A program made the translations under genes and the position numbers. DNA of 59,745 nt, the filler included, from Nemertoderma westbladi (Eukaryota > Animalia > Xenacoelomorpha): NCBI GenBank assembly GCA_032718475.1. It is 3 parts of 3 records of this genome, joined end to end, with 100 filler letters (N's around TTAATTAATTAA, not from the genome) between each part and the next. Parts side by side here need not be neighbours in the genome. Positions count along the whole stretch, not along the records: positions 17,608 to 48,845 come from JAUCBJ010001407.1; positions 48,946 to 59,745 come from JAUCBJ010003528.1; 1 more part is not named here. One strand, 5' to 3'. Shown here in pieces: positions 45,700-59,112 of this stretch (its first letter is position 1; each line of letters opens with the position of its first letter). The notes beneath the pieces were generated by a model that was not told the DNA's origin, made no database searches, and was given only the letters and a program-made list of their open reading frames with translations.

Positions 45700-48122
45700 C
45701 AGTCCCGCTCACCAACAGAGTGCCATCGGATCCTATCGGATCCAACACACTCTGACAGCTTCAAACAAGCACAATGCGGAGATTTAGTACTGTTTGATTC
45801 TGTTGGAGAAAATATTTCCAACAAGTTTAGTCTGTTGGAGCCCATCTGAATCTGTCTGAAATCCATCTGAAAGTGTTTGAAATTTCTGTTGGATGTTGTT
45901 GGAAGCTATCTGAAGTTGTTTGAAATTGTCTGAAGATGTTTGAAATTGTCTGAAGCTGTTTGAATTTGTCTGAAGCTGTTTGACGCCATCGGAAATTGTT
46001 GGAATTTACCAATGCCTTACAAAAGTGTAGTTCGTTAACAAAATGTCAATCACTTTTACTCTCAATTTGAAGTGATTGTGAGGGTGTGCTATTGTCAATT
46101 ATAAATCGAAACAAAGATTTGTTTCATTTAACAATTTTTATTTACATAATTATGTCGTTAATTATATCAATTAATTAATTAGCATGCAGAAAGGAATATT
46201 AATTCCTATAATATAAATTCCGATAAATGAATATAATAACACCAACACGTTTTTAATTCCTTAATTAGAAATGTAAATAATGCTATAATATATTAGTTTC
46301 TTTGACGTAGGGCAATAAATACTGCACATAAACAGATATAAACACAAACAGATTAAGCAAACAGTAACTATAATTTTACAATGAGTGAAAAAAATATTTT
46401 TGGTAAATTTTATTAGTTGTGTTGAAAGCGCATCGAAATAGAAATGTTTGCACGTAATACTTCTAATCCAACTATTTTTCGCGCACCTACCCTATTTGAG
46501 TAAATTATATTCACACACTCAAAAGTTATTGCAACTTTAGTCTCTGCAAGGCGAACTTCGAAACGGACTCAATATCCAATATTGGTTTATGTTGTTAAGC
46601 GGTTCCTTAGTTACGTAAGAAATATTCGAGTACATTAAATTATTTAACATTGAGTAAGGCAGTTCACTAAGGAGTTCATAATTTGTTTTGCTCATTTGCA
46701 GAAACTATGGAAGCAATACAGTAAAATTACTACAGTTCAGTTTATTTTGTAACACAATATCGCTCTATCTTACATTAAATAATTGAGCATCCAAAAGTAC
46801 CAATTTAAGAATAAAATTACGTATTACATTTTGAATATTTAATTTAATTATTTATTTAATTAATAATTTATTTTGAATATTATCACTACCCTTTGGGTCG
46901 AAAGACCCCCCTAACCCTTCGCAAGGGAGGGTGGTCGTAGGGATGGGGCCCAACGCCAACATATCGTGATAGTTTGTCACATTGGAGGGGGAGGGAAGGG
47001 GGGGGGGGGGGTGATAAAACGTGGCTGTTAATGTTAAATGTGAATGAATATCATAAAGTAGTATTGAACAACATAATAGATTAGTTACAGAATTGGGAAT
47101 GTGAAGGCCCTTACATGTTTTCACGTAACTGCCATATTATGATGTAATTAATGTATATCCGCCATTGCCGTACTGTTGTTATGTAAAAGGTAGACCTAAT
47201 CACACCAGATACTAATTAAAATAATGTCTTAATAACCAATTATATTCATTCATACAAGAAGCAATGTAGCCAATTAAGGCTGTGATTGACAAATTAACTG
47301 CACAATTAATTGACAAAACAAAAATCAAACTAGTACAGATCATATCCAAACCTGTATAAATATAAATAAACGCAACGATATAATTAACACAATGTACGTA
47401 CACTATATTAACTGCAGAGGGGGAGACTGTTCTCTCCCGCGAAAAGCAAAATATATCTATCAGTATTTTAATTAATGTAAGTTAACGAAATTGAGCCTTA
47501 TTCGAAGAAATTCTACATGGGCATTTTGGACCTATACCGCGGCTGCTTGGCTCTTGTATTTTGGTAAAGCTCTATTGTATGGCTCTGTTTAGACCAACCC
47601 AAAGCGACATTAGTATGTGAACACAGAATTCCATTCCCCATTCATTTCAATGGTAGCCAACTTGGCTTTCTTGTATTGGGGGTAGACCACTGGTTAGCTT
47701 TCTGCTATTGTGTTATACAAAGATAGCGACAGGAATAAAGAGAAATACCGACCTCACTAATGGGCTGTTCCTTCAGGTCGGCTTAAGTTACAGTGTGAAT
47801 GTTCACGCTCAAGGGCGCCGCCAGTGGCCAGTCCACGTCGTTATTGTGTCTTTATGTATGGAGTTCCTTTAGTAGTTTCAAACGCTTTCACTCTGTCTGC
47901 GCGCAAGAAGATGGGAGTTGAGTTGGAGTTGTGTGTGGGTGGAGTGATTGACAGGTTGTTGGAAGTTGTCTGATTCTGTTTGAAACTGTGTGAATTTGTT
48001 TGAAGCTGTCTGAATCTGTTTGAAGTTGTTGGACTGTTAGAGTTTGTCTGAAAGTGTTTGAAGCTGTTGGATCCGATCTGTTCAGATCGGATCCGATGGC
48101 ACTCTGTTGGTGAGCGGGACTG
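45700..48122. mobile_element. Non-autonomous TIR transposon with TA TSD and 10-bp subterminal repeats
   Basis: TA|CAGTCCCGCTCACCAACAGAGTGCCATCGGATCC and its reverse complement ending at 48122|TA. (TGAARYTGTY)n arrays at ~45830-45990 and ~47950-48070. Confidence 0.8.
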
Positions 48123-48845
48123 TAGGAATGATGGGAATATAATTTCAACATCAGTTTACATTTATCGAGGGATAAATGTAGTGTGCAAAAATTTGTGTGT
48201 TACTTTTCTGCTCTTGCTGTTCTTTTTGCTTGCTTTATTTACTTACAAGGCCTATTTCCATTCCACTATCACTACACTCGTTACTTACATTACACTATGC
48301 CTTGTAGACAGCGATCACTGCAGAACCGTTTTATTCATCTAACATTACTTATCTAGACCTACAACACCTAGGCTCCTGTACATCTAATCACCAAAAACAC
48401 ATACTACTAGCTCTGGGGACTCGCATTTCCGGAGCTTAACTGATCACTACAATTTCTGAACTGGCACCTACTGCTATATCACTTATTACAAACCACCTAA
48501 TACTAAGAACTACATACAAACTCTATGCCAGTTCCAACATCTAACTAACTATTACCATAGTTCTGCTGTCCCTAAACCATGCCCAACATTCTTGCGTGTC
48601 GGGGGCAATGACCTTTACAACAGCATCACTGCATTCCATACTGTTACAGGATCAAGCATCGCTTGGCTTGAGTAATAGCCTATAATAGAGGTGAGTAATA
48701 GCCTCGACTTGGGTACAACCTACCGGAGGGGCGATTTCCAACACTCGAGGAATACATATTTCCTGCACCATAATTACCTCTCTGATATATCTCTGAAAAT
48801 ATCTTTAAATAAAATACCGGTAACCATTCTAATATTTAATAAGTA

Positions 48846-48945
48846 NNNNNNNNNNNNNNNNNNNNNNNNNNNNNNNNNNNNNNNNNNNNTTAATTAATTA
48901 ANNNNNNNNNNNNNNNNNNNNNNNNNNNNNNNNNNNNNNNNNNNN
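48846..48945. other. Assembly gap/linker N44-TTAATTAATTAA-N44
   Basis: Same artificial linker as 17508-17607. Confidence 0.97.
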
Positions 48946-49286
48946 GACAGGAAAAATCGCTCTGATTGGCTCAAGCCAAACAAAGAACCATGCGTCCAAT
49001 GGCTGTTTCCATGTCAGCAACCAGCTGTTAGATGTCGTAATATGAATCATCACGGCTAAGCTGTGAAAGGTAGTTGGTGCATTACAGGTTTTTTGCCTTA
49101 CCATGTCCGCCAAAACACGTATATAGCAGAATGACTTTTATGTCCGTTAAAACACCTGTAACGGTACCTTGCGGGCGAGGGGAATATATATACAGTTAGA
49201 GAACCTTTTTAGAGTATTCCAGCGCCTGGGGGGAAACTGGATTGCGAAGCAAAAGGGGCCAGTTATATCCCACAGAAGCTTTTACA
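48946..49286 (-). mobile_element. BEL-family LTR 5' part running into the gap
   Basis: Minus strand starts TGTAAAAGCTTCTGTGGGATATAACTGGCCCC. Shares GACATAAAAGTCATT and CCAATCAGAGCG with the 16794 copy. Confidence 0.8.
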
Positions 49287-49528
49287 CCTACATAAATATG
49301 CGCATGCACAACCCACGGCAGCACGGTCTAACTGTCTTCTGCGGTAGTTCCTTTACCGTTACTGGTTACCGGCGTTACCGGTACTAAACTGGACTCGCAC
49401 CAGTGCAGCAGTGGTGGTTCACTAGCAGTTGGCGCGGTTTAATTGGTGGTGGTGTACTTTAACTCATCCAACATCTTTGGAAGGAAGCGATTGACCTACA
49501 TATACAAGTTATAGCTGTTATGAATAAT

Positions 49529-51380
49529 GGGGTAGACGACTCGGAAAATTTTTTTCGAGTTTTCGTTGGTTTCATGTGAAAGAGCATGTGAAAAAACCCC
49601 AGAGAGCAATTTTACTTAAAAAAAATTAATATTGGCCGAGTTATAGCGATTTTAAAACGCAAAATTAGCAACATCGAAAAATCAGGCCGTTTCAGAAAAC
49701 TGCACTAGTGACGTCACTAGTGCAGCAGTAAATGTTCATTGGTTACTATACAATATAAATCTCTTAGTAACTAAAATAAATTGTGTAGCTAATATTTATT
49801 TAGTGTGTTTTTGTGTTGTGTTAAGAATACATTATTTGATATCTTAATGTGGAAATTGATTCATGACAAGTTAATTATTCCAGAATAATAATTATTTTTC
49901 CCAAACTATACAGTTGTTAGCTATAAAAATAAAACATATTTTGTAGCTAAAACTGCCAGGTGGTAGAAATCCAGTAGCTTATTGATGTTTTATTCAGCTT
50001 CAAAACTTAGATTACTTGGATACGGATTGTGGATTCGCACTTTTTCGATTGTAATTATTTTTATACAAGTTAAATTATTGAATTCCAAAAAGCATTGATA
50101 GTTAGTCCATGTAGCTGTAATGGATGACGTAGTATCTTCAGCTGCCATCTCAATACAATCAGCATTAATCAGAATTTAGTTGAACTATAACTACTGTATA
50201 ATTTACATTTTTTAATTATCTATTTTTTCACAATTTTGGGAAATATATATTCCTTCCAGAAGCTACTACTACTTTTCAGTAAACTTTGCATGTATATGGA
50301 ATCATATGATACTTCAACTATTTTCACTTCGCCATTTATTTCAAAAGATGGATCTGCGACGCTAAACAAGGCCAATTGTTTATTGCAAAGAAGCATTTGA
50401 AGTTGGATTTGTGACATGAATTTAGCGCTTACGATATTCGATTGTGTAAGATAAGATTTTTGAATGGCATGTTTTGATGTTGGACATTTTACTTCTACCA
50501 CATGCGTTGGTGTAATGGCATCTGAAATGGCATCAAAAAATAAGATTTTGTGGTATTTTATAAAAACACTAGCTACAATATTAAAACAGTACATACCATT
50601 GAAAACACTAGCTATCACAAACATTTGTTTTTATTTTCTTTAAAACATTTTTTTTTTCACATGTAACTAGCCAAAATATGTCAAGAACATAAATCAATAG
50701 CCCAAAACATTATGTTTTGGTATTTTTTGGTATTTTGATATTTTTGGATGTCAAACCAAAAACAGCTATTATGAAAGGCAGAATAATGGTGACACGTGCA
50801 ACACTAGTACCAGTAACACTTTACAGTGAACTGACAAAAAATCTAAATAATTTCCATCTAGTGCTAATCTACCCATCCCGCATTGTTCGCTGTAAAAACA
50901 ATTAAAAAATAGATTAATGAAACGCCTGGCAGTATTTAGCTAGCTATATTTATTTTTAGCTACACCTCTACGATACAGGTATGGGCGAAATAAATATTAT
51001 TCTAGAATAATTAACTTGATATGAATAATTTGCCTCCATACCGCTATCCTATAATCGATTCTTAACACAACACAAATACACATCCAAATAAATACATAGC
51101 TACATTTATTATTTGTTTTATTTTAGATACTGCAATATTATACTTTATATTAGCCAATCAACTGCGCTTGACAACTGTTGCTGTGTTATGGCTGACGTCA
51201 CTCGTGCAGTTTTCTGAAACGGCCTGATTTTTCGATGTTGCTAATTTTGCGTTTTAAAATTGCTATAACTCGGCAAATATTAATTTTTTTGAAGTAAAAT
51301 TGCTCTCTGGGGTTTTTTCACATGCTCTTTCACATGAAACCAACGAAAACTCGAAAAAAAATTTCCGAGTCGTCTACCCC
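49529..51380. mobile_element. ISL2EU-like (PHIS group) non-autonomous DNA transposon with long TIRs
   Basis: AT|GGGGTAGACGACTCGGAAA...TTTCCGAGTCGTCTACCCC|AT. About 190 bp of near-perfect TIR, degenerating out to ~430 bp. Internal YqaJ remnant. An AT TSD, GG termini and a YqaJ nuclease are ISL2EU traits. Confidence 0.75.
50220..50540 (-). pseudogene. YqaJ/lambda-exonuclease-like PD-(D/E)xK nuclease, C-terminal part
   Basis: SDAITPTHVVEVKCP...FMSQIQLQML...ALFSVADP...FWKEYIFP gives the D...ExK and QxQxQM motifs. Confidence 0.8.
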
Positions 51381-52670
51381 ATTAGGCCCTAATGAGATAT
51401 AATTAAGTCACTAGCGTTGCCTCGATTATTCTCTTTCTGATTACCCATGGTGGACTCATTACATCTTACATCCTTTAATTACTATATAGTAGGCCTATAG
51501 TTAATTAGTTGATGAGTGACACCCATCGTATACAGTATACAACTTCCACCTTGCGACTACTGGAATACTGTACCGGTATTGCAGTATTGATTTTCACCAA
51601 TTGTATAAGTTAAGTTAGTTTAATATTCGAAAATTTCACGGATAAATCACAACTGAACTCATTATAAAGCAACTGACAGTTTATGATACAGAATATACCG
51701 GTACAGCTCAACATTATTGCACAGTTTAGGCTAAATAAACGTAATTCTGTAGTCCTACCGGTCCGGCTCGGTATACAGAAAGAATAGCCCATGTTGGAAC
51801 CGAAACATCTTCCCCTGAATTCAAGATCCGGAATTAAATTCAGAAACCCAGCTACATCACTGCGGGAATAAACAACACAATTTAACTGAAATGGTACAAA
51901 AAGCCAAATACAGTAGGCCTAATACTATTACAGGAAATGAGGCCTACAGTAGGCCTACAGTATTACTCACTGTATTTAGGAGAATCTCCACTGGATGTTT
52001 GCGCCGTGGCTATAAATCGTACATAGGCCTACTGTATGTTATATAACACTGCCATTTAAACATTATCAGCACTTATTTCATTAGGCCTACAGTTCGGGAA
52101 GTTTTCTCACTTGCTGAAGGTTTACGAACATTAACTTCTTATATAAGATAACATACACATGTCCTGGAATATACAGTCGTAATTCAGTCACATGTCCCAC
52201 CCCCAATTTTTTTACAAATCTTATGAGATTGCATGGAATTTGAAACATAGATAGTTTCACCTCCCTCCTCTGTTATACCACATATAACGTGTACTGATAT
52301 AATGATAACGTGTACTAACGATGCATTAACTGAACAAGAACTAGGCTATTCGTTATGATAACAAATTAAACTATAACAGTACTATAGAACGTAGGCCAAC
52401 CGGTAAATCTCCCCCACAACCCCTCACTAATCTGCTCTCGCCTACCGGTACAATCACTTTAGTATGCTCGTTATATCCCCACCTACAGTAGCGCACGCGT
52501 TTCACATTTTTTCCATTTCTGAACAACTTATTACAATCTTGTTCATTAAATTTGCATTAACAGCTCAAATACAATTCATTTATTTAATGGATGATACACA
52601 CAGGGTAGTATGTTATGTAGTAGAAATTGCATATATTGTGACATAACAAAGGTAACTGGTAGCTGCGTCG

Positions 52671-53130
52671 GTGCTAATCGATAACTTTCACTCATTGCAT
52701 CCATGCACATTGGAATCGTGTACTTGGCCCACCTTGTTTGATGTTCCTCGCAGTCGAATTGTCGAGCTCGAGAGTGTATTTGATAGACTCGATGATGAAA
52801 ATAAAACTATTTCTCGATGCATGGCTAAGTTCGTGGGAGAAGATGTTGTAGACACTGGGGGAATATAGCGGGAACTCTTCAGTTTATTTTTTATGGAACA
52901 GACTGGAGAACCTTTTCGTGGTTCTTACCCGAATTATACATTTCGGCATAACATTGGAACTCTCGAACGGTTTGAACATTTACTGTAGGTACAATGACGG
53001 CCTTGGCACTAATAAATGGTTTCCCAGGACCTCACTTCCTTACTAAATCCGTAGCCAAGGCAATCATGGATTTACCGCATAAGATTTCTGCAGATGAGAT
53101 TCCAGTTGACGTGGGATGACATAAATGGTA
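52671..53130 (+). pseudogene. HECT-domain (G2E3-like) E3 ligase fragment
   Basis: KFVGEDVVDTGGI*RELFSLF...(frameshift)VGTMTALALINGFPGPHFL matches the HECT N-lobe FxGExxxDxGGxxRE and GxxxAxxLxxG motifs. A stop and a frameshift are present. Confidence 0.7.
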
Positions 53131-54266
53131 AGATTAAGTATATTATTTCAGCGGAGGTTGAGATCTTATTTTTAAAAAATACTGATTAACATTGGCGAGC
53201 GTTTCGACCTGGGTGTTACATCTGCCTCATTAAATTTCTCCGAAAAAGAACATGTAGTCTAACTACTGTGGAGACATCTAAAGTAAGTTGGAGTAGTTGG
53301 AAAAATAATGGGCGATTTTAAATCAAAACTAAAACCGTACTGTATTTATTCAAATTATAAGTTCCGGTAGGCCTACTGTTATACATAGTTGTGTAGTAGT
53401 AGTACAGTAGTAGTTGTAACAGCGTTTGGTTTGATTGTTAAGAAAGAAACTCTTTTATTTTTGTTATATGGAAGCTGGTTTGATTGTTATATACAGTAGT
53501 ACAGGCCACCAGAAAAGCAGATTTCATCAAATGTGATCACAAGTGAACACATTTGATCAAGTAACCTGATTGGCAGGTCACTGCACTAATTCAATGGCGA
53601 GTTATCTTCTAGAGCCCACGGCAGGAGGCTGACTTGCTGGGACTGACAAAAGCTTTGTGTGTGGTGCGCCTGTATGTCTGATATCAGGTAGATGAGAGAG
53701 TCCCCAGGGCGTAACATTGCGGACATGGGCTGTATTGGTAGAGAGAGAACTGCATACAAGACCACATGGAGCTTCATGGAGTGTATGGGAGTGGATAGGT
53801 ATGTATGTGGATGGAGGAGCCTAGACCATTGAATAATTAATTTAGTGCAGGGGGAGATGTCGCGCCATTAGTCTGACACCGAGAGGGCACAGAGAAAGAC
53901 CAGAAGATGCCTTAACATCACTAACTATAGTCCTGCTAGACACTATTAAACATACACTATAAAGGTAAACAAAATCCTTATCGCATTTCCAGCTGCAGTG
54001 AGTGACAGTTCGCGGCAAACTACAGAGAGTTTCCAGATTACTAAGCGTTTCAAAAGTATTCAATTGTATCCTTTGGCGAAAAAATTTTGGTTGTTGCCAA
54101 TTCAATTATGTTCAATTATGTTCAATTGTCCCGTTCAACAACATTACATTACACTGGTACACATTTGATCAAATGTGTTCACATTCGAACAAATCTGCGT
54201 TTTCTGGTGGCCTGTACTGTAATATTAATGCCGAGATATTTCTGTAATTCCAACCCAAGTATGATT

Positions 54267-56743
54267 CCTGTGGGGCGAGCCACGAAGTGAGTGAGCCTTA
54301 GCGTAGTGGTACCATTAATCAACCTGTGGGGCGAGCCACGAAGTGAGTGAGCCTTAGCGTAGTGGTACCATTAATCAACCTGTCGTTCTGTCGTTTTCAA
54401 TTTTAAACGTTAATAACTCGGCCAATCTTTGATGAAATCTATCCAAACTTGGTACACATGTTGTTTGGCAAAAGTTTAGAAATTTTCCAAGTAGAATTTC
54501 CGTGTGGCCTTCGAGAAGCTAAGATAATAGCAGTTAATTAGTTAATTAAGTTGATTACGGTGAAAACACCATTTTCAACCTGCCTTTTAAAGGAAATTAA
54601 TTGTTTTACAGTATAAGATTTAAATAATTATACTTAAAAATTATACAGATGTAATCCACATACGCCATTCTATTATAGTTTTTAATTAGTTCAAGTGATT
54701 TGCTTGAATAAATGTGTCTTTAATTGATCTAAACGTAATTAAACGGCACAATTATTGAGTACAAATTTAATCCTTCCCATTATTGGTCAAGTCTCTGCTG
54801 GTGTGGAGCTAGCTCGATGGGAGTTGTGGCTGTAGACTAACCAGAGAGGAATTGTAATAGGCAACCAGTATTGCTATTCCAGCCCAGACAGCATTCTTTA
54901 AATCCAACATCCCAACCTGTATTCCAATTCCTATTGACTCTACTATAAGTGTTGTATTATTATCACTATCACTGAATTGTGTTTATTGTGTATTGTGTTT
55001 TGGGGGGGGGGGGGGGGGGGGGGATTAAAAGGGGTGAACACGTACTGTCCCCCTTTCTTTGATTGATTGGTGGTGTGGGTAAATTTCTCAAAACCTGATT
55101 TTGTGATACAGTCGCTCAATTTTAATTTGTATCTCATAACTGGTCCTCGTGCTGCGCGAAGGCCCCACGAACGTGTCGTTCTGTAGTGTTCAATTTTAAA
55201 CGTTAATAACTCGGCCAATCTTTGATGAAATCTATCCAAACTTGGTACACATGTTGTTTGGCAAAAGTTTAGAAATTTTCCAAGTAGAATTTCCGTGTGG
55301 CCTTCGAGAAGCTAAGATAATAGCAGTTAATTAGTTAATTAAGTTGATTACGGTGAAAACACCATTTTCAACCTGCCTTTTAAAGGAAATTAATTGTTTT
55401 ACAGTATAAGATTTAAATAATTATACTTAAAAATTATACAGATGTAATCCACATACGCCATTCTATTATAGTTTTTAATTAGTTCAAGTGATTTGCTTTA
55501 ATAAATGTGTCTTTAATTGATCTAAACGTAATTAAACGGCACAATTATTGAGTACAAATTTAATCCTTCCCATTATTGGTCAAGTCTCTGCTGGTGTGGA
55601 GCTAGCTGCTGGGAGTTGTGGCTGTAGACTAACCAGAGAGGAATTGTAATAGGCAACCAGTATTGCTATTCCAGCCCAGACAGCATTCTTTAAATCCAAC
55701 ATCCCAACATCCTTCCTGTATTCCAATTCCTATTGACTCTACTATAAGTGTTGTATTATTATCACTATCACTGAATTGTGTTTATTATAGGCTGGACGGG
55801 CCGCATAACCGTTCGACTACTACTACTATTGCTATCTCAGGTAAATGACAGATATAATAACATAAATACAATCCATGGCATGGCTGTTGTAGGCTTCTGA
55901 AATAGTTTATTCCACAATGTATTTGTCTGGTTATTTTTTAATTGAATTTTTGCAAAGTAGTAAAATTAATGTTCTTAAAAATAATATTATTATTTTATAT
56001 GTAACCTAGGAAATTAGCTACATTTTTTCGCTGCAGCTTTAAGAGTGTACATTGATTTAATATTATTTCAATACCCATATTACTACATCGGCATAAGATG
56101 CGTTGGCGTTGTATCACACATCTCCACATATCACACATCTCCACATAGATGTATCAACAGTTACTCGCACAGTTTCGAAACTTCGCATAGTTATAACTGT
56201 ATAAAGATCGTCAGTCTGCGTTTAGGAAAAATATTTTATGACAAAACAGGACAAGCGACGAGCGCAACGAGGCATATAATGAAGACGAGTACTGCGTTGA
56301 CTAAATTATTATATAAACCACCTGGCTTCACATATTGATCGCATCCCTAGTTATTATTATTATAAAGATCGTCCTAGCCTGCGTTTAAGAAATATATTTA
56401 AATACAAAACAGGACGAACGCAACGAGGCTTATAATGAAAACGAGTACTGCGTTTATTATATTCCTATAAACCACCTGGCTTTGCATATTGAACGTGCGA
56501 TTGGAAATAAGTTCGTGCTACCCTTCCGTGGGTGGTAGATGTCGCGGTTATGTATTGGTGGTTGGGAAGGGTGGGGGGGGGGGGGGGAGATTAAAAGGGG
56601 TGAACACGTACTGTCCCCCTTTCTTTGATTGATTGGTGGTGTGGGTAAATTTCTCAAAACCTGATTTTGTGATACAGTCGCTCAATTTTAATTTGTATCT
56701 CATAACTGGGCCTCGTGCTGCGCGAAGGCCCCACGAACGTGTC
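54267..56743 (+). mobile_element. Head-to-tail duplicated non-autonomous element, Helitron/Helentron-like (tentative)
   Basis: 56-bp tandem at the start (54267, 54323). Body 54381-54987 repeats at 55174-55786 (793-bp period). End block 55001-55177 repeats at 56573-56743. Short inverted GTGGGGC/GCCCCAC at the ends. A ~161-bp tandem pair at 56200-56495. Confidence 0.5.
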
Positions 56744-56835
56744 TCAATAGGTAAAGTATCTACTACATGTAGACATTTAGAGACACCTTTTGTTTTCTAT
56801 ATTCAAACTCTAATTCTCTAATTCTAAAACTCTAT

Positions 56836-57722
56836 TCAATTATTATTTACTCCTACCAACTTATCTTCGCAATATTCTATGCCTTCCAAATCTAATATCT
56901 CATTTGCCACTTGTTTGGTAAGTATGGTTACTCTACTGCCCGTATCTATGTTGCCTAGACACATAGTTTCGTTAATTTGTACTGAAACTATCAATTCGCC
57001 TTGCCCAGTAATTGTCGGCTCACTTACAAACAAATTACTTTTCACTATAAGAACCGGGTTCTTATTTTGAGGATTTCTATTAGATTCTATCGATGTAATT
57101 GTTCCTTGTTGATCTTGACTAACTTGTCTTTGATTTTCATAATTGTTATTTCTGTATCTAGGTACCTGATTTTCCTTTGTAATTTTGAAGGTAGATACAC
57201 AATCACGAGCTAAATGACCAACGCCATCACATCGATAACATCGTACTTGGGAAGCATCCCGGGAAGCTTGGGGTGCATAATTATAAATATTATGTTGGGG
57301 GTAACGGTTTCTATTTTGATACTCCCTTGCCTGAGACATCTCCCTATCTACAAACCTATTGTCGCTGCCTAGAGATACTCCTTGTACTCGTCTATTCAAC
57401 TGTTCAATGGTATTTTGTAACCTACGTAACTCTACATCTCGAACCTGATTTCGGGTTAAATCTGCCTCTGCTAAGTGCTCCTTCAATACTGTCGTTAACT
57501 CTTGTCTAGTAAGGGGTAACGCAAGATCTGGATTTTCACTACGTATTGTAGCCTCAACTCTGTTGGCTTCTGATAATACTCTTTCTATCTCATCGCAAGA
57601 TCCTGTTCTTTCTATAACTCGGGATCGTAATACCGGTTGAAGGCCATGTAAAAATCTATCCCTGACTCGGTGATAAAATTCATCAGGTGTTTGTGCAGAA
57701 AGGGCACGTCTAGCTATTCTAA
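56836..57722 (-). pseudogene. gag: Ty3/Gypsy gag-protease fragment
   Basis: RDRFLHGL, zinc knuckle CYRCDGVGHLARDC, protease NIDTGSRVTIL. The 5' part is replaced by the RTE tail. Confidence 0.85.
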
Positions 57723-58125
57723 GTACTACTAGGATCGGCATGCTGCATTGCAGCTGCATTTTTAAGAATGCTGTGCCGGCTTGTCAACAAAATTGCACCG
57801 CCACAACTCCCTATCACCCATGACATTTGCTAGATCATCCGCATCTTTAAGGCCAGTGTCCTTTAAGATGCGTCTCAAGAAAGTCATGGGCTGTCCACCA
57901 TGCTTATTCACTCCATGAGGCTGCCAAAGTACAAGATTATGCACTGGCTGGTCCTCACGGCGAAAGCAATGTCCTGCAAAGCGGAGGCGATTTTGTTCTA
58001 GTGTCAAGCTTGGGGGAACCAATGAGACACCTCCAATGTTATATAGTGTCTGGTTGGAGATGTGTGCATTGTACTTGACACAATGTACCCGGCGTAGCAT
58101 TCTTGTGAATGTGCCATCCAGAGAT
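57723..58125 (-). mobile_element. 5'-truncated RTE-clade LINE 3' end
   Basis: Near-identical to 19217-19623, including the 3' UTR and CTAGTAGTAC tail. Confidence 0.92.
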
Positions 58126-59112
58126 CGGGTGTATACAGTAAGGCTCCGGTCTCGGCAACGCTTGTGGCACCCTCGGCTGCAGTTCACCCGGAGGTGGCGA
58201 ACGCCACAGTGACTCACCTTCCCATCTCGATGGGGAATTGTACTCCCTAGTACCAGGTACCAGCCCCAACTTGGTCAACTCTTTCAACATCCACTCTGAC
58301 TGAGCCGGGCTCACTGTCTGACTCCACTTATACTCACCACCATCTTCATCAACCTCAGGCTCCACAATACCACTCACCCTCTCATCGCGCATATACGAAC
58401 TCTCACTCTCACTCACACCCACCATACCAGGAATTTCCAAACCCAACATCGCCTGTTCAAGTGGATCATCCATTGGCATACTCACACTGGAGGACGAAGG
58501 CTGACTCTCGCTGGTAGGCTGGAGAGATTCCAGATAGCTCTTCAATTTGTCCATTGCAGTCCCCTTCCGTACGTCTTTCTTTGCCAGCAGTGTCTTCCTG
58601 TACTTTCCGTGCTCCGATTTCGTCGCCACATCTCTGTAGGTCACCGCCTTTAACTTACCGTAGCCAACCAGGTTCATACCTTCGTCCTTCTGGAATTCCG
58701 CTTGCTGCCTCGCTAACTCACGTTTACCTTCACCTTCACACATCTCCTTCACAACCTCGAACATACACGCATATTCAACCAACTTCTGCGCCCACTCCTG
58801 CTTGTCGTTACTCACAGCAAAGAATTTCACGTACCCCATATCATTTTCCAATATCCACTTGAACGTATGACCTTTGTACTGCCCAATCTGCATATTGTAC
58901 TGTCCCAACACATTCATTTCATCCGTAACATCGCCACCTAACAATCGCACACGACTCACCGCACTCTCACGTTCCTCATCCATACTCCTAAGTACCTGGC
59001 TAGATTTGCCAGATTTACGTAAGGCCTTTGCTGCTACAGCAAGGTGAGTAGCGCTCAGCAAAAGCTCACCAGAGTCTGTAAATCGCAGTTTCGGCCTAAT
59101 TAGGCGAGACAT
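58126..59112 (-). CDS. N-terminal ~330 aa of a DUF6729-associated, probably transposon-derived protein, truncated by the RTE
   Basis: Two copies of a GxY motif (IGQYKGHTFKWILENDMGY, VGYGKLKAVTYRDV), then LWRSPPP...PRPEPY. I recall this pattern preceding DUF6729 in uncharacterised animal proteins. Confidence 0.55.

Noticed and set aside
57762-58217. Track ORFs 57762-58217, the start of 56836-57759 and the end of 58039-59112 as genes
   Set aside because: They are chimeric frames across RTE insertion junctions.
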